NCBI GenBank assembly: GCA_038087875.1
Contig: JAXLNO010000944.1
Span: 62,001-126,000, forward strand
DNA: 64,000 bases
Direction of reading: 5' to 3'
From: Malacoraja senta
Taxonomy: Eukaryota
The translations under genes were made by a program, and so were the position numbers. Positions 49,201-59,579 of the stretch are shown one piece after another (position 1 is the stretch's first letter; each line of letters begins with the position of its first letter). The notes below the pieces were generated by a model that saw only the letters and a list, made by a program, of their open reading frames with translations, was not told where the DNA came from and ran no database searches.

Positions 49201-52200
49201 ACTTACCTGCAAGCCAGCCAGGAAACCCGTTCGAACCGTTTAAATCTTTCCCATCCACCAATACATCCAATTAGTTCAAATGGTAACTGTACCCGCATCA
49301 GACGGCTTTAAGAAATTCTCCGTGAATACCTTCAGTAATACTTGAAGGTCAAAACACGATTGGTGACACATCGTGTTAATACAATGTTACTAGAGACCAT
49401 TAACAAGCACTTCACAGTGACACCCCCACTGTCTCGTGGAAAGCAGAGATTTTTTTTTTTTTTTTTGAAAATATTTTTTATTGGAGGTAAGTACATAACC
49501 TATTAACATCATTACAGTCTTACATTTTTAAATTGATAATATTAACAATTATTATTACATTGTCTCCAATACCTTTTGCCTTTTTTTTTTTTAAACTAGA
49601 TAGAACTAAAAAGATAGATGAAGTAAAGAAAGAAAAGAGAGAGAAGAAAAAGAGAAGAAAAAAAAACAAAAAAAAACAAAAGACAAAAAAACAAAACAAA
49701 AAAAAACAAAAGAGAAAGATAGTTAAAGAAGAATGGAAAAATTTATTAAAATAAAAAACTTCATTCGAGATATATTCGTACATTTCAGAGTATAGCATTT
49801 CATCCATTCTTTAGCCCGAGCATTAGTCAGGTTCCCGTGCTGAACCATTCTGACCCTTTAGATAATCAATAAAGGGAGACCATATTCCAACAAATAATTC
49901 CTGTTTGTCCAACAGGGAAAATCTGATTCTTTCCACGTTTAAGGTCTCCGTCATTTCTATAATCCACATTTTGATTGTGGGGGCCGTAGGGCCTTTCCAA
50001 AATTTTAGAATTAATTTTTTTCCTGTTATTATACTATAATCAATAAAGTTTCTTTGTGTTGTTGTAAATGTTTGATTTAATTCTGATGTTCCGAGTATTA
50101 TAAATTTTGGATCCGGGTCCACTTGTGTGCTGGTCACTTTAAATATTATACTAAAAATATTTACCCAGAATTTTTTAATTTTTATACAGTTTGCAAACAT
50201 ATGAGATAAGGTAGCTTCTAAATGTTGACATTTATCACATATAGGTGAGATATGTTGAAAGATTTTATGTAATTTTGTTTTTGAATAATGTAACCTATGT
50301 ATTACTTTATATTGTATTAAAGAATGTCTGGCATTTAATGAACACTGATGTATATGTTGTAAACTTTCTTCCCAAGTATCTTTCGTTATTATTTGATTTA
50401 ATTCTTTTTCCCATGTTTGTCTGTGTAAGTCCGGCGATGGAATGTCACTGTCTAATAAGATATTATATATATAAGATTAATTTTTCTGTATTAGGATGTT
50501 TATTCCAACATTCGTCAAGAATTTCTGAATTTCTAATTCGAAAATTTTGAGTATTTGATTTTACATAATCTCTAAGTTGAAGATATCTGAAATAATCATT
50601 TCCTCGAAGTCCATAAGTCTGTTGCAACTCCTGAAATGTCAGAAAAGTGCCTTCCTTATAAAGTTGTCCCATATTTTTAATTCCATAATTCTTTCATTGT
50701 GTAAAACCCCTGTCCAACCATGAGGGTTTAAACAAAGGGTTATTCACAATTGGGAGAAAAAGTGATAAATTATCTAATTTTAATGTCTTTTTTAATTGTT
50801 TCCAAATTCGTATGGCACTAAATATTATAGGGTTTTCCCTATACATTTTTTTGTTTAATTTAGATGTAGCAAATAATATCGAACCGATATCAAAAGGCAA
50901 ACAATCTTCCTTTTCCATTTTTAACCAATCTGGTTGTTGATCTATTTCTTCCAACCAGAAATTCATATTTTTAATATTAACTGCCCAAAAATAAAACAGA
51001 AAGTTGGGTAAAACCAAACCTCCATTTATTTTTGATTTACACAAATGTCTTTTATTTATCCTATGATTCTTATAATCCCAGATAAAATCATTAACAATGG
51101 AGTCCAATTTTTTAAAAACGTTTTTTGACAAATATATCGGAATTGTCTGAAAAAGGTATAATATTTGCGGTAAAAAAATCATTTTTATGGCATTAATTTT
51201 GCCAATCATTGAGATAGGAAGTGTTTTCCAGTATTGAATATTCTTATGTAGTTTATTCAGTAATGGGGGGGAATTTGCTTTAAATAATGATGTATATATC
51301 TTAGTTACATAGATACCTAGGTATTTAAATTTTTCGTTTACTATTTTAAATGGAAATTGTTGTATTATGTGTTTGTTATGTTCCCTTATTGGCATAATTT
51401 CACTTTTATTCCAATTTATTCTGTATCCTGAGAGTGAACCAAATTGGGTCATTAGCTCTGATAAGTTTGGAATACTAATTTCTGGTTTTGTAATGTAAAT
51501 TAGTACATCATCTGCGTATAGAGAAATTTTATTCACTGTGTCCTTTGTGATATACCCATATATTTCCGGATGACCCCTAACTCTTTCTGCAAGTGGCTCA
51601 ATAGCAAGCGCAAATAATAATGGAGATAACGGGCATCCTTGTCTACAACCTCTAGATAGGCTGAATTTTGATGACAACCTTTGATTTGTTAATATTCTAG
51701 CCGTAGGATTTGTATATAACAGTTTTATCCATGTACACAATTTCTCCCCTAGTTGCATATTTTCCATCACCGAAAATAAATAAGACCATTCAACTTGATC
51801 AAATGCTTTTTCAGCATCGAGTGAGATTATTGCTAGATCTTCATTAATAATTCTCTTAGAATAAATAATATTAAATAATCTTCTTAGATTATAATATGAG
51901 TACCGTTTCTGAATGAAGCCTGTTTGGTCAGGGTGTATTATTTTATTCATCACTGTACTTAATCTATGCGCTAGTATTTTAGTTAATATTTTCTGATCTG
52001 TATTTAAAAGTGCAATTGCTCTATATGATCCCGGATCTTCCGGATCTTTATCAGCTTTAGGAATAAGTGTTATTATAGATTCATTTAAAGTATCTGGGAG
52101 TTTCTGTTGAGTATAGATATGCTCATACAGCCTTTGTAAACGTGGGCAAAGCAAGTCATAAATTTTTTTATAAAATTCAGAGCCTAAACCATCTGGTCCT

Positions 52201-55200
52201 ACTGCTTTACCATTTTTTAAAGAGCCAATAGACTCCTCAATATCCTTTATCGTAATCTCCCTTTCTAATAATTCTCTATCATTTGAATCTAAACCTTTTA
52301 AATTACATTTTAGTAAGAAATCTGCTATTCCTTCTGTTTGTGTTACAGTTTTAGTTGAATAAAGGTTATGATAGTATTGGAGAAATCTTTCATTTATGTC
52401 CTTGGGCATTTTTAATAATTCTCCTGTCTCTGTTCTAATTTTATGAATTATTTTTTCCCCTTCCATTTTTCGTAACTGACGTGCTAATAGTTTTTGTGGT
52501 TTGTCTCCAAATTCAAAATGTAATTGTTTGGTTTTTTGATAAAGTTTTATTACTTGTTCTGAATACATTTTATTTAATTTATATTTCAATACAGCAATTT
52601 TATTATGTTTTGAAATAGATGGCATTCTCGCATTTTCTATATCTAGTTGCTTGATTTCCCTTTCCAATGTTTGTTGTTTAATCCTGTTCTCTTTATTATA
52701 AAATACTTGAGCAGAAATTAATGCACCTCGAACAAACGCTTTAAACGTTTCCCACATAAGAGGTGTGTCAGGATTATCATTTACCTCAACAAATATTTGA
52801 ATCTGTTTAATAATATATTCCTGGCATGATCTTTCGTTCAAAATTTGTGGGTTAAATCTCCAGTATGTTTGTTTCTCGGACATTCCATTTAATTTAATCA
52901 TAAATGTTACAGGTGCGTGGTCTGAGATTATAATATTATGGTATTTTGAGTTATAAGTAAATGGGATAAACGTGGAGTCAACTAAAAAATAATCTATTCT
53001 TGAGTATGTTTTGTGTACTGGAGAGTAAAATGAATATTCCCGTCCAGTTGGATTTTCTATTCTCCAGACATCCTTAATATTAGTGGTATTAATAAATGAA
53101 TTTAGAAATACACGATTGAGATTTTACTTTTTTTTCCCTTGATGATCTATCTAAGTATGAATCTAATGCACAATTGAAGTCTCCTCCAATTATTAATTTA
53201 TATTGTGTAAATTCAGGAATTTTATTAAATGTTTTATTAAAGAACATAGGGTTATCAAAATTAGGCCCATATACATTCAGAAGAATCACTTTTTCTCCAT
53301 TTAGCTCTCCAACTAATATAATATATCTACCATCAATATCCGCTATTGTTGATGAATTCGTAAAAGGTATTCCTTTACGAATTAATATTGCAACTCCTCT
53401 GGACTTATGGGAAATAGAGGAATGATATGATTCAGCGATCCACTTAGCTTTAAGTCTATGTTGAGATTCCTTTTTAAGGTGTGTTTCTTGAAGGAATATT
53501 ATATCTGTTTTGATTAAATTTAGATGTGCCAAGACTTTACCTCTCTTAATTGGTTCATTGATTCCCTTGACATTCCAACTACAAAATGTTATTCCCTGAC
53601 CCCCTCTTGTCATATTAACATCTTGCATATTGTTTCTAAGGTGGTCTATAACCGAGCAGAAGGTGCAACACATAAAACCTGACCCTGCTCCTGAACCTCA
53701 AATAGATGAATTTAAAATCATATACATCGTTCTTCCGAACACATCTCCTTGTATTATTCTTGTTTTTCCATTCAAACATTAAGTTATAAAAATATTTAAA
53801 GTGAAAAAAGTGATAGAATTGGTTAGTATAGGGTGAAAGAAAAAAAACTACATCTACAATTAGTGTAGTTAGTGATAGCCACACTAACGTGGCTAGAATT
53901 CTAAAAACTTCCGTAGCCTTTGTAAAAAAATTCCCAGCTCCGTGCCCGAAGAAAAAAAAAGATTATTTCTAACAATCAAATAATTTCTTTGGGAGTAACA
54001 AACATATATACATACCCATACATACGTACACATATACATACATATATACACATACATATATATATATATATATATACCCACATGCATACATATATAAGCA
54101 CGCATCCCTGTAGAAAAGTCCGAGAACAGCATAAATTCATAACGTTATTATTCTCTACATATCATATTAATATCCTCGCTAAATCCCCCCCCCCCGCCGG
54201 GAACTCCGCCCATGCTCTCCCCCACCCTTCCCTTTCAGATCTGCGAAGCACATGCCACTAGCTGCACTAGTGCTGCGGCCAATTCACATGCCATTCCCAC
54301 TGCAAGCATCAGCTGCATCAGGAGGACAGGCACCCAGTGTAAGTGAACGGGCAACAAGACAAAGGCACAATGAGAAGCCGGGAGGGATGGCTGATTGAAG
54401 CCCATGCACAATAGACAAGGAGGGAGGGTCAGCCAAATGTATTCGGTATTGTGATTGGCAAGAGGGACGGTCTATTGAAGTGTATTGGCAGGGAGGACAG
54501 CCTATTCTCATCGACAGGATGGCCGATTAGGTCAGACATGGCTGCGGAAGGACGAAGAACAACTTCCAACCCACTAAAACCCACACATGTAATTTTAAAA
54601 TGCATTTTAAGCTTCTACTGCTGTGGAAGAGTTTCACTGAATGCCATGATCCACCAGGTACTCACTGGTTTCTGACACTCTGAAAAGACATTTGGACAGA
54701 AATATTGACAAAGGGTTTAGAGGACTGTGGGCCAAATGAGCCCAGTTTGCCAACTCGCTTGGCAAGGCCAACTAACAACATGTTGCATGACTACAACACC
54801 ATGACTATCCCGGAGTCCCAGGGATGGACATGATTGTGCCGAGGACCTCCTGTGATTGTGCAAGTTACTGGGTCGCTGGTGGCTGAACCATAATGTGGGA
54901 AAGGGGTGAATGGACTATGAGGGATCCTGCAGCCAGGGCAGCTCCAGGGTAATAAGGTCATAAGTGATAGGAGCAGAATTAGGCCATTCAGCCCATGTAC
55001 TCTGCCATTCAATCATGGTTGATCTATCTCTCCCTCCTAACCCCATTCTCCTGCTTTCTCCCCATAACCCCTGACACCCGGACTGCTCACGGACAGCCGT
55101 GACCTGCGGAGATGTAGGGCTCCAGGAGGAAGAGCGAGAGTGCACAAGGATGGGACAGTCAGGGGCTCACCTGAGTGCTTTCCAGTGCGCCCAGCTTCTC

Positions 55201-58200
55201 GGCAAGAGAACAGATACCTCTGGATGACATCAAGAGGCCAATACCTGCAGATGCAGAAAGGTTGCACTGAAGCAAGCAACATTCAAAGTATGCAGTCGCC
55301 TCAGTCTGCTCAAAGTTGCCAAACACTTTAATTCCCCTTCCCATTCCCACACTTAACCTTTCTGTCCTGGGCCTCCTCCATTGTCAGAGTGAGGCCAAAC
55401 ACAAATTGGAGGAACAACATCTCATATTTTGCTTGTTTCTTTTATCATTGTTACTTTTTTGCATATCTTTCATTCATTTGTTCTATATCTCCCTACATCA
55501 CCATCTATCTCTCTCATTTCCCTTTCCCCCAACTCTCAGTCTGAAGAAGGGTCTCGACACTAAACGTCACCTATTTCTTTTCTCCAGAGATTCTGTCTGA
55601 CCCGCTGAGTTACTCCAGCATTTTGTGTTTATCTTTGGTGTAAACCAGCATCTACAGTTCCTTCCCCCACATTCACTTTGCTTTTTACCACAAATCAAAT
55701 TTTGGTTGCTATGTACCTCTCACCTTTTACCTTTTGACCAGCCTGCCATATGGGACCTTGCCAAAAACCTCACTGAAAACCATGGTCTCCATGGAACATG
55801 CTGCCCTTATCAATTCTTTGTCACCAACTCAAACAATTGAACCATCAGTCAGACAAGGTCTTCCTACAAGAACTCCATCCTGACAATCTCTCCTTAACTC
55901 AACTTTTAAACAATAGACAATAGGTGCAGGAGTAGGCCATTCGAGCCAACACCGCCATTCAATATGATCATGGCTGATCATCCACAATCAGTAGTACCGT
56001 TCCTGCCTTCTCACCATATGCATTGACTCCGCTCTCTTTAAGAGCTCTATCTAACTCTCCTGAAAGCATCCAGAGAATTGGCATCCACTAGCAAGAATGT
56101 CCTACCTCAAATTTGGAGACCAAAACTGCTCACAATACTCCAGGTGTGGTCTCACTAGGGCCCCGTACAACTGCAGAAGGAACTCTTTGCTCCTATACTC
56201 ATCTCCTCTTGTTATGAAGGCCAACATGCCATTAGCTTTCTTCACTGCCTGCTGTACCTGCATGCTTACTCTCAGTTCTAAAAATCATTCACTTCTAAAT
56301 GAATTGTATACCATTTCGAATCTATTCCAATAATTTGTCCTCCACAGGTTAAGCCAACTGGCCTGTAATTACTTGGGCTCTCCCATGCTCCCCTTTTAAA
56401 CAACCGTATGTTAGTAATCTAATCCTCCAGTATTACTCCTGCAGTGAGGAAGAATCAAAATAACACGGTCGGAGCATCTATAATTTCTTCCCTGGCTCCC
56501 TTCAACATCCTGGGATACATTTCATCCGAGCTTGGTGAGTTACCCATTGACTAAAATGACCGACCCTTGATGCCAATAACTAACGTATCAGCTTCCACCA
56601 TTATCCCGGGAAGCACGTTCCAGTCATCCACCACTTAAAAAAAACAACTTTGGGGCCATAACTCCTTTAAACATCGCCACTCTCACCTGAAAGCTCTGCC
56701 CTCTAGCCTTTGACATTTTCCCCTCGATGGAATCCTTGCATCAAGTGGAGCCACACTCCTCCATTGGATTTTCCAGCCTTTCTTTCCTCTTCCACCCAAA
56801 CACTCACTAACTTCATGCCCTCGTTCCCTGTTCTGCCCGTCTCCCCCACAAATCTTGGCTCAAATTTCCTTCCAAACCAAACCATATCAACCCATCCAAA
56901 CGGCGTTAGCAAACCCATCGAGGAAATTGGTCCCAGCCTCGAGGTGCCACCTGCCCTCAATGCCAGTGCCCGAGGAATATACAGCCCTCCCTCCTGCATC
57001 ATCACTCCCCTACTCATCACCCACACTCCCTTCCCACACCTACACTCACTGTACCAGCTACTGGGAGCAATCTGGAGATTAGCATCTTTGCACGCGTTAG
57101 AACAGCGAGATTATCAAATACAAGCACCCTGATAATAGAATATAAAGACAGGGATGTAACGCTGAGGCTTTATAAGGCACTGGCCAGACCACATTTGGAG
57201 TATTGGGAGCGGTTTGGGGATCCACATCTGAAGAAGGAAAAGCTGGCATTGGAGAGAGTCCAGAGGAGGTTTACGAGAATTATCCCAGGAATGAGTGGGT
57301 TGACGTGTGATGAGCATTTGTAGACACTGGGCCTGTACTCGCTGGACATGCACTCACTGTAGGATGAGAAGGGACTTCATTGAAACTTGCCGAATAATGA
57401 AAGGCCTGGATAGAGTGGATGTGGGGAGGATGTTTCCACTATTGGTAGAGTTTAGGACCAGAGGCCATAGCCATAGAACAAAACCACGCACCTTTAGAAA
57501 GGAGACGAGGTGGAATTTCTTTAGTTAGGGAGTGATGAATCTGTGGAAATTTTTGCCACAGACGTCTGTGAAGGCCAAGTGAATGAGTATTTTTAAGGTG
57601 GAGATTGATAAGATTCTTGATTAGTACGGGTGTCGGAGGTTATGGGGAACAGGCAGGAGAATGGGGTTGAGAGGGAAAGATAGATCAGCCATGATTGAAT
57701 AGTGGAGTAGACTTGATGGGCCAAATGGCCTAATTCTGCTCCTATACTTTATGAACAATATAACACAACCTCAATTCAGCTGCTTGGACCTCACTCAGTT
57801 GACACTCGCTCGGGATACTCAGTTGACACTATAAATTCACCAGTGTTGTTCTGTCAAACAGACTGCTAAATACAGCCCAGGGCCCACCCCAATCCCTCCC
57901 TCCACCTTTAATCCTTTACTCTCAACTTGACTGTTTCTCCTCATGCTTTGCCTCAACTGCTCCCACCCTCAGTGAAGATTTTCTCTTCATATTGTCCTGC
58001 AGACATCAATGATCGATGAAGTGAGATGTGAAATGGAGCAGGTCCTTACCCAGTAATGCCAGCAACACCAGCAGCATCCACTTCTTCACGCGAGGGACAC
58101 ACCTGGAGGGGAAACACACACAAGTCAGCCGGCTATTGAACCCAACCCTGTCTCAAGCGAGATGGATACAAAAAGCCGTCGTAACTCAGTGGGTCGGGCA

Positions 58201-58509
58201 GCATCTCTGGAGTCTGAAGAAGGGCGTTGTCCTGAAATGTCACCCATTCCTTTTCTCCAGAGACGCCGCCCGACCCGCTGAGTTACTCTAGCTTTTTATG
58301 TCTATCATTGGTTTAAACACCATCTCCAGTTCCTTCCCACACACACGTTTCAAGCAAATGGAATGCTGCCATCAAACAGACAGAATCAGGTCAATGATTA
58401 TGGTCAAGAGATGGACAGACCCCTCCATGGACCCACGCTGCTGACAGACCTTCACTCCACACACCCAAAGCTCAGAGCCATGGTGACACTGGTGCAAAGA
58501 TTAGTCAAC
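30990..58509 (-). CDS. SUN1/SUN2-like inner nuclear membrane protein gene, TM and coiled-coil exons (multi-exon; one frameshift; SUN domain not found in window)
   Basis: GT-AG exons chain by phase, except at one homopolymer: [16 protein letters not shown]|[17 protein letters not shown]|[25 protein letters not shown]|[17 protein letters not shown]...ERVQ|[13 protein letters not shown]...|[15 protein letters not shown]|[19 protein letters not shown]...|[18 protein letters not shown]...[20 protein letters not shown]. These resemble SUN1 segments as recalled (FHQEHEVR; EQLLPTVEHLQLEL; VKLLFSEDQQ...QFVSKGDLQTMLRDLQLQIL) in the same order. Confidence 0.65.
33300..33720 (-). mobile_element. Penelope-like 3' fragment
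   Basis: Reverse strand encodes a degenerate [22 protein letters not shown] tail. Confidence 0.55.
33826..33981 (-). CDS. SUN-like gene coiled-coil exon with apparent 1-nt deletion ([27 protein letters not shown]...)
   Basis: ttattatag|G acceptor and gtaagt donor; heptad leucines. As written it reads ...RIKI* (TGA 33833-33831). One extra A in the A4 run gives RIKNMTD and phase 0. Confidence 0.7.
34771..34814 (-). CDS. SUN-like gene exon ([15 protein letters not shown])
   Basis: tttctattcctag|A acceptor and AG|gtgcag (weaker) donor; 44 nt, phase 0-2, matches the phase-2 start of the next exon. Confidence 0.6.
36614..38070 (+). mobile_element. 5'-truncated L1 fragment with 13-bp TSD
   Basis: ORF 36638..37774 (L1 ORF2 C-terminus, CDKC..HSFASC); AATAAA plus poly(A); aaaacgctaaagc at 36601-36613 and 38071-38083. 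Confidence 0.92.
38808..40197 (+). mobile_element. Second copy of the same 5'-truncated L1 fragment
   Basis: Same truncation point (ctattactg.gcgactaat) and 3' end; ~50-bp deletion near 39565. Confidence 0.92.
40275..44115 (-). mobile_element. Three stacked CR1 LINE fragments inside the minisatellite
   Basis: FADDTKLGG / CEVIHFG motifs occur three times (~41150, ~42100, ~43400); separate 3' tails at ~40275 and ~41200. Confidence 0.88.
45596..45673 (-). CDS. SUN-like gene exon ([26 protein letters not shown])
   Basis: tgtttgcttccag|G acceptor and AAG|gtgggt donor; 78 nt, phase 0-0; QEHE motif as in SUN1. Confidence 0.72.
46367..46588 (-). CDS. SUN-like gene coiled-coil exon (74 aa, [17 protein letters not shown]...ERVQ)
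   Basis: ttcctag|G acceptor and CAG|gtgagt donor; 222 nt, phase 0-0, open. Confidence 0.75.
47776..48075 (-). mobile_element. tRNA-derived SINE
   Basis: tttagtttagaga tail plus reverse-complement core and head. Confidence 0.82.
49449..54260 (-). mobile_element. L1/Tx1-type LINE, ORF2 and 3' UTR, ORF1 missing
   Basis: EN 53089..53673 (SWNVKG, LQETH, GGDFN); 735-aa RT 50694..52901 ([29 protein letters not shown]); T-tract at 49449. Confidence 0.93.
54666..54679 (-). CDS. Candidate 14-nt micro-exon (ECQKP) of SUN-like gene
   Basis: tcttttcag|AGTGTCAGAAACCA|gtgagt with strong sites; restores frame only with the 55266 acceptor. Confidence 0.3.
55171..55244 (-). CDS. SUN-like gene exon ([25 protein letters not shown]); alternative acceptor at 55266
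   Basis: ctttctgcatctgcag|GT acceptor and CAG|gtgagc donor; 74 nt, phase 1-0; completes the TM helix. Confidence 0.65.
58050..58102 (-). CDS. SUN-like gene, transmembrane exon ([17 protein letters not shown])
   Basis: tttcccctccag|G acceptor and G|gtaagg donor; 53 nt, phase 2-1; hydrophobic run. Confidence 0.7.
58465..58509 (-). CDS. SUN-like gene, pre-TM exon ([16 protein letters not shown])
   Basis: ccctag|G acceptor and GG|gtgtgt donor; 45 nt, phase 2-2; joins in frame to 58102. Confidence 0.5.
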
Positions 58510-58952
58510 CTAGGGTGCAGTATCACAGGGCTGTTCTGTGGATGTATCTGGGGTAGAGTGTGGGCAGGCTATCTTGTAGTCCGTGACTCGAAGGGTCAAA
58601 TGGCCTACTTCTGCACCTATTTTTCTATGTTTTTCCTATGTTTCTAGTGGGTTTAACTGGGGTAGTACAAGTGGGTTGGCCTGTGGTGGGTTTACCTGGG
58701 GTACAATCATTGGGTTCTCATTTTGTAAGTTTAGTTTAAAGACACAGCACAGAAACAGGCCCTTCGGCACACCGAGTCCGTACCTGCCTTCGATTCCCGC
58801 CCACTAACACTACCCTACACAGACTAGAATCATAAAGTGATACAGTTTGGAAACAGGCACTTCGGCCCACCGAGTCCGTACCTGCCTTCGATTCCCGCCC
58901 ACTAACACTACCCAACAGACTAGAGTCATAGAGTGATACAGTTTGGAAACAG

Positions 58953-59578
58953 TCGGTTCTCCGTTGTCGTTGGGGCCTAGCTCCGTGGAGCGGCCTCCGA
59001 CCGGGACGACCGGGGGGCTCCAGTCGCGGGGCCTGCGGAGCTGCGGATTTACCATCGTGGGGCTGGCCAGCCTCGGAGCGTGTGGAGCGGTGGTGGCTCG
59101 CTGCTGCGGCCCGACTCCGGAGCTCCAGATGCAGACCTGTGGACTATGATATCGGGAGCTCGCGGGTCCGGGTGAGAGACCGCTTGTCGGAGCTCCCGCA
59201 ACGCAACTTCTCCCGCCCGTGTCGCGGGGTTGGAACGACCCGGAGCGGGGCCGTAAATCGCCCGGCGCGGCTTTAATGGCCGCGGGACATTCCAGCGCCT
59301 GCCGGGGGCTCCAACTTTGGACTGGAGCGGGGCCGCACACCGCCCGGCGCGGCCTCAACGGCCGTGGGACTCGCCATGGCCCGCCTGGGGCTTCAACATC
59401 GGGAGAAGGATGGTGCAGGGGAGATAAAAGACTTTGCCTTCCATCACAGTGAGGAGGAGATTCACTGTGATGGATGTTTTTCTGTAAATTGAATTGTTTT
59501 GTTTGTATGGCTGTGGAAATGGAATTTCGTTTGAGCCTCTTTGAGGTTCAAATGACAATAAAATCAAACAATCAATCA
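58953..59578 (+). mobile_element. GC-rich retroposed repeat with (TCAA)n tail and AAACAG TSD
   Basis: AAACAG at 58947-58952 and 59579-59584; absent from the duplicate at ~3655. Confidence 0.6.
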
Positions 59579-59579
59579 A

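Noticed and set aside
49207-49340. Exon ending at strong donor CAG|gtaagt (minus strand)
   Set aside because: No acceptor gives an open frame compatible with neighbouring exons; at most a non-coding or cryptic exon.
49520-49807. Lys-rich and Phe-rich ORFs
   Set aside because: Low-complexity L1 3' UTR.
58953-59400. CpG-island promoter
   Set aside because: Bounded by a TSD with a retroposon tail and absent from the duplicate, so it is a repeat insertion.
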